Of a DNA stretch of 64,000 nucleotides, positions 57,614 through 64,000 are shown in pieces (position 1 is the stretch's first letter; every line of letters starts with the position of its first letter). The notes beneath the pieces are model-generated. The model made no database searches. It had not been told where the DNA came from and saw only the letters and a list, made by a program, of their open reading frames with translations. Source of the stretch: Candidatus Babeliales bacterium (GTDB lineage: Bacteria > Babelota > Babeliae > Babelales > JANWKD01); assembly GCA_963762115.1 (NCBI GenBank), contig CAVXJH010000003.1, positions 160,001 to 224,000 of the forward strand. Direction: 5' to 3'. A program made the position numbers and the translations under genes.

Positions 57614-58713
57614 CTGTCATTATGCACAATATTCATAATTAATCCCACCATGAACATGCCACAAATGAGTGATGATTTTCCATAACTGACAAAGGGTAAT
57701 CCAATTCCTTTTGTGGGAGCCAATCCGGTGGTAACTGCAAGATTAATGATGGTTTGCAGCGAGGTGAGTATGACAAATCCTGTGCAGGTGAGCATGCCAA
57801 AATCATCTTTAAGTTGCCAGGCAATGCGCATACCGCAATATAAAAAAATCATATATAAAGTAATGAGTAATAATGAGCCAATAAAGCCGGTTTCTTCGGC
57901 AATAATGGAAAAAATAAAATCAGTATGTTGCATGGGCAAATAGAAAAATTTTTGTTTTGAATTTGAAACGCCGATGCCAAGCCAGCTGCCAGAACCAATG
58001 GCAATTAATGATTGAATAATTTGAAATCCAGCTCCTTGAGGATCATGCCAAGGATTTAAGAAGGTAATAATTCTTTTCCAGCGATACGGGCGAATATAAA
58101 TTAAGGTCATTAAAGTAGGAATGAGGGTTGCAAGGGTAATGATGATATATTTAATTTTAAATTGTACTAAGAAAAAAAGAATGCATGCTGTGGTGATCAT
58201 GGTGACCGTCATGCCAAAATCAGGTTGCTTGAGCAAGACAAGAGCTACGAGACTCATGATGCATATGAATGGTATATATTTACTTTTGAAGCTACTTTGT
58301 ATGCCATCTTTGGTAAGCCAATAAGCGAGATATATTATTAAGGTGATTTTGAGCAGTTCGCTCGGTTGGAAGGTGAGGCCAAAGAGTTTTAACCATCTGC
58401 TTGAACCATGAATGTGTTCTCCCCATCGTGGTATGAGTGTCATGCTTGTTAGGATAAGAGAACTAAAAAAAACATAGGGGCTCATTGTTTTGATGATATC
58501 AAGTGGCACCAGTCGTGCAAAAATAAGGGCACATAAACCAAGCAGAATACCCATTGATTGTTTTTTAACAAAAAAATTTGCGGCACCGAATTTTTCCAAA
58601 GCAAATACAGAACTTGATGAATAGATAAAGAGTAAGCCAATAATGATGAGGGTGACAATGACACCAATAAAAATTTTTAGATCGGTGTAAAGACGTTTTT
58701 GTTGAATAAACAT
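57604..58713 (-). CDS. ftsW: SEDS peptidoglycan glycosyltransferase FtsW
   Basis: RW..FQPSE..K, QPDFG, SKQKFFYLP..HTDFIF and PTKG..LPFVSYG motifs. Confidence 0.93.
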   Translation of the reverse strand: MFIQQKRLYTDLKIFIGVIVTLIIIGLLFIYSSSSVFALEKFGAANFFVKKQSMGILLGLCALIFARLVPLDIIKTMSPYVFFSSLILTSMTLIPRWGEHIHGSSRWLKLFGLTFQPSELLKITLIIYLAYWLTKDGIQSSFKSKYIPFICIMSLVALVLLKQPDFGMTVTMITTACILFFLVQFKIKYIIITLATLIPTLMTLIYIRPYRWKRIITFLNPWHDPQGAGFQIIQSLIAIGSGSWLGIGVSNSKQKFFYLPMQHTDFIFSIIAEETGFIGSLLLITLYMIFLYCGMRIAWQLKDDFGMLTCTGFVILTSLQTIINLAVTTGLAPTKGIGLPFVSYGKSSLICGMFMVGLIMNIVHNDSQH

Positions 58714-58783
58714 ACGTTTTGTCTTTGCTTAAAAAATTTTAAAAATTAACTTGAGTTTGATAAATAAACATTAAAATCGCGAG

Positions 58784-58972
58784 TGTCATTGCGAGCCAAC
58801 ATTGTTGGCGTGGCAACCCAGCATATAAAATTCTTGATAATAAGAAGTCATATATAAAAAACGCAATTTTATTTAATTTGTCATAATGCGGGCAGTAGAT
58901 GCCTTTGGGGAATTTTATTTATTAGAACATTATAATCTGGGTTGCCACGGCACAATGTGCCTCGCAATGACA
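58784..58972. repeat. Uninterrupted inverted TGTC dimer
   Basis: Left TGTCATTGCGAG-CCAACATTGTTGG-CGTGGCAACCCAG; right CTGGGTTGCCACGGCACAATGTGCCTCGCAATGACA. Confidence 0.92.
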
Positions 58973-59024
58973 TTTGTAGAATAAATTGTTTATTTCTTTA
59001 TATATCAAATTCATGTTCAAACTA

Positions 59025-60698
59025 CTATGGTGCACTATTGCTGTCAATGAATCGTTTAAATTCTGGTAATGGTGGATAGAGACATGCTGATGGTGCATTA
59101 ACAGAAAAAAATTGTGCCAATGTTGGTGCAAGTTGTGTCATTTCTACTGATTTTTCAACAATTTTTTGTTGCGTGAAATTTTTTTGATATAACACCAGAG
59201 GTACATGCGTTGTATAATCATAGGGAGAAGAATGACCAGTTCCTAAAGCATGTTTTGTGACAAAGCAATATGGTTCCAATTGATATTGTATTTCGCCACT
59301 GCGTCCAGCAAAAAGGCTGTTTTTGAAATAATTTTTAACATCATGTTTTTGTACGGGAGATTTTTCTAATTCATGAAATGTCCAAGCATCTTTAAAGCCA
59401 GGTTGCTTTCTTAGATAATGTTTAATATCAGAAAGAATTTTTGTTTTTAGTTTAGGCTCTAACGTTACGAGTTTTTGTTTATCAAGAAAAAGTGACGGCG
59501 TATCCATGTGAGCAATAATATCAGGAATGCGATGTTTGTTCATGATAAAAGCATTAAGTTTTGTCCGTAATGCTTTTTGATCAATTCTTTGGGCTAAGTT
59601 AAATCCATCTTCTTGTAATAATTCGGGTATTGGTGCGCTACCATGATCAGCAGTTAAGGCAAAAATAATTTTTTTGTCTGAAAATGTTGTGTGAGCCCAT
59701 TGCATAAATTCTTCTAAATACGAGTCAATGTGGTAGATCGTATCAATATATTCAAAACTGTGCGGGCCATATATATGGCCAACTTTATCAAGACTGCTTA
59801 AGCAAACCCATACGAGAACTTTTGTGGGGTTGTTATTTTGTGCATCTAATAAGCATTCTTTTGAAGCATCTAATACCGCTTTATTTGACTCAGGTAATTT
59901 TGAAAAAGGCGCATAAGGATCATCGTTCATGGTGGAAAATTTATCAATACCAAGTGGTTTTCCGATCATGCTTGGTACTCTACAAAATTGATAATGATGC
60001 GTTGTAATGAAGCTATATGCTTTATCATTTTTTGGATAACGTAATTGCCATTCAAAATTGTTTTTTTCTGCTATGCCAATTTTTTTATTAAAAGAAATAA
60101 GCCATGAAGGCAGTTCAGAGTAATATGCTTTTCCTGTCGTAAAATGACCAGATTTTTCATCAAACCAAAAAGCTTTTCCCATTCTTCCGGCTGTGCAAAC
60201 AGCGGCACGTGGTTTGATTGAAATTGAGAATACAAGATGCTCAGAATTATTGTTGTTGGCAAGCACTAATTGATCTGAAATGCCATCAACTTTGATCTGT
60301 GCAGCTGATTTACCAAAATCATAGAAGCTACCATCGGGTTTGAAAACTGCTGATTGTGCAACGGGTCCAGAATCGCACGTGATTTTATTGTTGTTTATAT
60401 CAAACCATGAATTTTTAACGATTGCATTATCTTTGGGGGTAACGCCGGTATTTAAGCATGCATGCCCTGGTCCGGTGGAAGTTCCTGCATAAGGATAATG
60501 AGCATTTTCATAAATAATACCATTATCAATCATAGTGCGCATGCCACCGCGCAAATAGGGTCTAACTTTTTGGAATGCGTGATAAGCAAATTGGTCGACA
60601 ACAAAGATGATAGCAAGTTCGTTAGTAGAATAAATATTTTGATAACATATGAGAATAAAAATCGTTGATATATAATATCTGAAGCGATTTTTGTGCAT
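59025..60698 (-). CDS. Alkaline phosphatase superfamily protein (PafA/nucleotide pyrophosphatase type)
   Basis: VVDQ, T.PGHA (Thr nucleophile), D..GH.YGP, TADHG and H.SPY.Y.THVP motifs. Confidence 0.9.
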   Translation of the reverse strand: MHKNRFRYYISTIFILICYQNIYSTNELAIIFVVDQFAYHAFQKVRPYLRGGMRTMIDNGIIYENAHYPYAGTSTGPGHACLNTGVTPKDNAIVKNSWFDINNNKITCDSGPVAQSAVFKPDGSFYDFGKSAAQIKVDGISDQLVLANNNNSEHLVFSISIKPRAAVCTAGRMGKAFWFDEKSGHFTTGKAYYSELPSWLISFNKKIGIAEKNNFEWQLRYPKNDKAYSFITTHHYQFCRVPSMIGKPLGIDKFSTMNDDPYAPFSKLPESNKAVLDASKECLLDAQNNNPTKVLVWVCLSSLDKVGHIYGPHSFEYIDTIYHIDSYLEEFMQWAHTTFSDKKIIFALTADHGSAPIPELLQEDGFNLAQRIDQKALRTKLNAFIMNKHRIPDIIAHMDTPSLFLDKQKLVTLEPKLKTKILSDIKHYLRKQPGFKDAWTFHELEKSPVQKHDVKNYFKNSLFAGRSGEIQYQLEPYCFVTKHALGTGHSSPYDYTTHVPLVLYQKNFTQQKIVEKSVEMTQLAPTLAQFFSVNAPSACLYPPLPEFKRFIDSNSAP

Positions 60699-60807
60699 GG
60701 AATTTTCCTTTTATTAAACTATTTTTTTATGTAGATGTAAAAGTAGTTTAATAAAAAGTGTTTTTTAAACTCAATAAAAAGATTTTTTTATTAAAAGCTT
60801 CTGATAA

Positions 60808-61344
60808 TTAATTATTATGTAAGAAATCAAGTTGCTCATTTTCGTGTTCTATTATTGTTCGATTGAGAATATTAAATAAAGCATCAGTTGTTTTTCTTTT
60901 AAATTTAGCTTTTTTAATTTTAAATTTAGCTTTTATTTCATCGATTTCATCGATCTTTTTTTGTTTATTAATGAATGTATCAACATTAAAACAAAGCAAC
61001 CCAACGATAGAACATCCAACAGGAAATAAGAATCGAGTCGCATTTTGTGTAAGAAGGGGGGTTAGTGATTTGGCTATTTGTATATCTTCAAAAGTATTTT
61101 TGGCAATAATTGTTGTTGTAATGGCAGCCGTTAGCAAACAAGATGTTCCGGCAATACGCCAGGCATTATTAACTAAACATGAGCTTGCTAATGCTATTTT
61201 TTGCTGAGTAGCCTGTAAAAATTGTTTTCCTGGAAAATCTGCTTGTGTAGTGGCATAAGAACCAAGACAAAAAATGACTAAAAAAGTAAAAAATATTTTT
61301 TTCATAATAACCCATAATAACACTTCAATCAGCATTAAATACAC
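60808..61344 (-). CDS. Hypothetical membrane/secreted protein
   Basis: Signal peptide (MKKIFF), two hydrophobic segments, Lys-rich tail. Confidence 0.65.
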   Translation of the reverse strand: MYLMLIEVLLWVIMKKIFFTFLVIFCLGSYATTQADFPGKQFLQATQQKIALASSCLVNNAWRIAGTSCLLTAAITTTIIAKNTFEDIQIAKSLTPLLTQNATRFLFPVGCSIVGLLCFNVDTFINKQKKIDEIDEIKAKFKIKKAKFKRKTTDALFNILNRTIIEHENEQLDFLHNN

Positions 61345-61463
61345 TAATTGTATATTATTAGGTTACCATACATTAAAAAAAGGTCAATTATTGACAATTT
61401 GTGCATAGCTTTTTGATCGAATCATTAGGCGTGTTACAAATAGAAAATCAATACAGGTGATTT

Positions 61464-62501
61464 TTATCGCTGCCAAAGTCCTTGGTCATCAATCTTCATG
61501 GTGCCCAATTCTTGTGATAATTTTTGCATTTTCTGTATGAGTCTTAGTGCATCTTTGCCTTCGGCTTTATTGACTTGCATATTTGAAATGATAGCAGGTA
61601 TTAATTGCAATTTTTGTATCCCCTGCGTGTCTACCGTTACCACAAATAAAAAAGTTTCATCATTTCTTAATACTTTATCAATTGCATAATCATCTAAGAA
61701 GTCACCACAACTATAGAAAATAAGTTTGTTTTTATAGAGTTCAATGCCTTGAAAAATATGAGGACTATGTCCATGAATGATATCAACACCAGCATCAATC
61801 AGGGTATGCGCAAAATCCCTGAAATCTTTGTTGGGTTTCTCTTCCCAATTTGGTCCCCAATGAAGACTAACAATGAGAACATCGGAATTTTTTTTGGTAT
61901 TTTTAATTAAATCTTTAAGTGAATCAGCAGTTTTTTGATGTATGGTAATATAATTAATGCCGGGTTTTTTATCCGTTGCAGCCCAAAGTGCTTCGTTGTC
62001 AGTAAAGCCAAGAACAGCAAAACGAATGCCATTTTTTGTAAAAAATACAGGTCGTTGTGCTTGTTGTAAATTCATACCGGCACCAACATGATAAATATTG
62101 GTCTTATTTAAAGCAATAAGAGTTTCTTCCATGCCTTTGATACCAAAATCAAGGATGTGGTTATTTGCATTGTTTACGATTTGGATATTAGCTTCTTTTA
62201 AAGCGAGAGCATGTTCTGGTTTTGATTTGAAATTGAAGGCCTTTGGGACTTTTTTTTTGTTTGTTGTTAAAGTTGTCTCGAGATTTACCATATTAAAATT
62301 ATTTTTTTTTAATAATGGCAACATAGTTCCCCAAGGATATAGGATGTCTTTTTTTAACATCATTTTATTAACTAATCTGCCAAGCATAACATCTCCTGCA
62401 AGGCCAAAAGTTATATTTTTTTTTGTTGGGACAATAGAAAATGATAAAGAAAGAGTAGATATAAGAATAAAAAGTAATCGAAATGATTTTTTGTGCAACA
62501 T
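61464..62501 (-). CDS. CapA/PGA_cap family metallophosphatase-fold protein
   Basis: GDVMLGR, NLET, ANNHILDFG, HWG, GHSPH and YS.GDF motifs. Confidence 0.92.
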   Translation of the reverse strand: MLHKKSFRLLFILISTLSLSFSIVPTKKNITFGLAGDVMLGRLVNKMMLKKDILYPWGTMLPLLKKNNFNMVNLETTLTTNKKKVPKAFNFKSKPEHALALKEANIQIVNNANNHILDFGIKGMEETLIALNKTNIYHVGAGMNLQQAQRPVFFTKNGIRFAVLGFTDNEALWAATDKKPGINYITIHQKTADSLKDLIKNTKKNSDVLIVSLHWGPNWEEKPNKDFRDFAHTLIDAGVDIIHGHSPHIFQGIELYKNKLIFYSCGDFLDDYAIDKVLRNDETFLFVVTVDTQGIQKLQLIPAIISNMQVNKAEGKDALRLIQKMQKLSQELGTMKIDDQGLWQR

Positions 62502-62649
62502 ATAGTTTTTCCTCTTAAAATATACTCAGTATGTTCTTAAGAAGTATAAAAAAAACAATGCTGAGCACACAAGAGTAGCTCCTTTTGTTTGCTGCCTAAT
62601 GACGCATAATTGATTGTTATGTAAAAAAATTAAAAAATGTGCCTCGTGA

Positions 62650-63999
62650 CTATGAATATTGATTTTTATATTCTTCAACTAATTTTTTAAAACAATTGCC
62701 ACGTTCTTCATAATGAGCAAAAAGATCATAACTTGCGCCGCTTGGTGAAAATAAAATTTGATCTCCTGCTTTTGCTTGCGATAAAGCACCTTTAAATGCT
62801 TCTTCAAGAGTGGCAAATGCAAAGCAGGGAATAGCGTGTAATTCGGCGTGTTTTTTTAAAAAATCAGCTTCTGTGCCAAAGCAAAAAATAGTAGAAACGT
62901 TATTTTTTAATTCTTTGAAAGCAGTTGTTCGATCAACGCCTTTACTGATGCCGCCCATAAAGAGTACAATTGGTTTTCCTTGTAATTTTTTAACGGCGGC
63001 CAGTGTTGCTTCGATAATGGTACCTTTGGAATCATTATAAAAATCAAGGTGATTTATTGTTGCTACTTTTTCGATGCGATGAGAAGGTAAGGTGAGCGAT
63101 GGCAGTGATTGTAATATATCTTGAGGAATATCAAGAAGAGTCAAAGCCGCGCTTATGATGAGCCAATTTTGTGCAAAAGTAATATCTGGCAATAGTGTTA
63201 GATTTATTACAGCGGTTGTTTGATGAGTATGTAACCGCATAATGCTCTTGTTTTTAAGCCAAAAAAAGTTTGCATGAGGAAACTGTTTTTGCTGATCTTT
63301 TGTCGGTGCTTGATCACAAAAAAAATGAAATTGTTGAATATAGTTTTTGAGCGATCGAGTAATCATGGGTGCAAGATTTAGGGGAACTAATGCTTGTTGG
63401 TTTTTTTTTTGTTGAGCAAGAAGCATACATTTTGCTTTAAAATAATTTTCTAATGAGCCGTGCCTATCAAGATGATTAGGAAAAAAATTTGTCCAAATTG
63501 CTAAATCCGGCGCAAATGAGGAGCATGATTCAAGTTGAAAGCTAGAAAGTTCTAGTAATGCATAGTCAACAGTTTTTTGTTGCCCTATCAATGAAAGCAT
63601 GCCGGTGCCGATGTTGCCACCCGTTGCTACTTTTTTTTGAGTGCCAAGAATAGAAGATAAAAGGTGCGTTATACTTGTTTTGCCAATGGTACCAGTTATG
63701 GCGATGATTGGTTTTTTGAATTCATGATAAAAAAGATCAAGTTCGGTAATAAATTTATGTTTGTAGCTTTCATAGGGGCGTAGATCAATGCCAGGACTTG
63801 CCAAAATGAGATCATGTTCTTCTAAAAAAAAAGTACATTTTTCTTGAGGTATAAACGTACTTTTCGATTCTTGAATTAACAAATATTCTTCTTGGGTTAA
63901 TTGTTTTGCATCCATAACATTTGTTACAAAACCATGCTTTGCAAAATATGCTAATGCAGTTTTTCCAACAACGCCGAAACCCCAAATGCCGATTTTTTT
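62650..63999 (-). CDS. murD: UDP-N-acetylmuramoyl-L-alanine--D-glutamate ligase (5'-truncated by window)
   Basis: Frame stays open to the window edge (KKIGIWGFGVVGK); SPGI, ITGT.GKT, GGNIG, ELSSFQL, HLDRH, NDSK and SP..AS.D.F..Y..RG motifs. Confidence 0.96.
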   Translation of the reverse strand, partial: KKIGIWGFGVVGKTALAYFAKHGFVTNVMDAKQLTQEEYLLIQESKSTFIPQEKCTFFLEEHDLILASPGIDLRPYESYKHKFITELDLFYHEFKKPIIAITGTIGKTSITHLLSSILGTQKKVATGGNIGTGMLSLIGQQKTVDYALLELSSFQLESCSSFAPDLAIWTNFFPNHLDRHGSLENYFKAKCMLLAQQKKNQQALVPLNLAPMITRSLKNYIQQFHFFCDQAPTKDQQKQFPHANFFWLKNKSIMRLHTHQTTAVINLTLLPDITFAQNWLIISAALTLLDIPQDILQSLPSLTLPSHRIEKVATINHLDFYNDSKGTIIEATLAAVKKLQGKPIVLFMGGISKGVDRTTAFKELKNNVSTIFCFGTEADFLKKHAELHAIPCFAFATLEEAFKGALSQAKAGDQILFSPSGASYDLFAHYEERGNCFKKLVEEYKNQYS

Positions 64000-64000
64000 A

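Noticed and set aside
60888..60960. Short duplication encoding KAKFK twice and IDE twice
   Set aside because: Low-complexity slippage in AT-rich DNA; no evidence of function
557..63040. Numerous 60-135 aa ORFs antisense to or nested in long genes
   Set aside because: Shadow frames of well-supported CDSs, without recognisable motifs or ribosome-binding sites

Overview
AT-rich bacterial chromosome segment. The mix of housekeeping genes with many orphan signal-peptide, ankyrin and eukaryote-like proteins is most consistent with an intracellular protist parasite such as Dependentiae/Babeliae (TM6); this is an inference, not a database result. Housekeeping content: mutS (5'-truncated), rplU, Trk/Ktr K+ uptake pair, alpha2-type GlyRS, tlyA, two tRNA-Arg genes, pssA, three cell-wall/peptide hydrolases, dnaA, pgk, LolC/E permease, rpiB, pepA, split LigD PE and Pol domains, ftsW and murD (5'-truncated). 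The most striking structure is non-coding: a nested, three-layer intergenic repeat system. It has 12 TGTC-tagged hairpin arms with compensatory covariation (5 inverted dimers, 4 of them clearly polar, plus 2 solo arms). About 30-nt CTWCG..CTWCG..CAGG hairpin modules are inserted inside arms and directly on both tRNA CCA ends. An outer ~15-bp inverted repeat wraps two of the dimers. A complete IS481-family element (37635-38810, GCAAT duplication) sits precisely inside one arm. Notable protein-level signals: three unrelated signal-peptide proteins end in IAAA, two with an identical 24-bp 3' end; two tandem membrane-anchored TrxR-Trx fusions; an FtsH-like AAA protein with HEXXH changed to HQXXH; an apparent homologue of eukaryotic mitochondrial NCA2/DGS1; a SOCS-box-like ankyrin protein; an atypical kinase-fold protein; a 2100-aa secreted repeat protein; and a recurrent Met-[E/D/Q] right after predicted signal peptides. 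No CRISPR array or rRNA was seen. All family calls are by-eye motif recognition.
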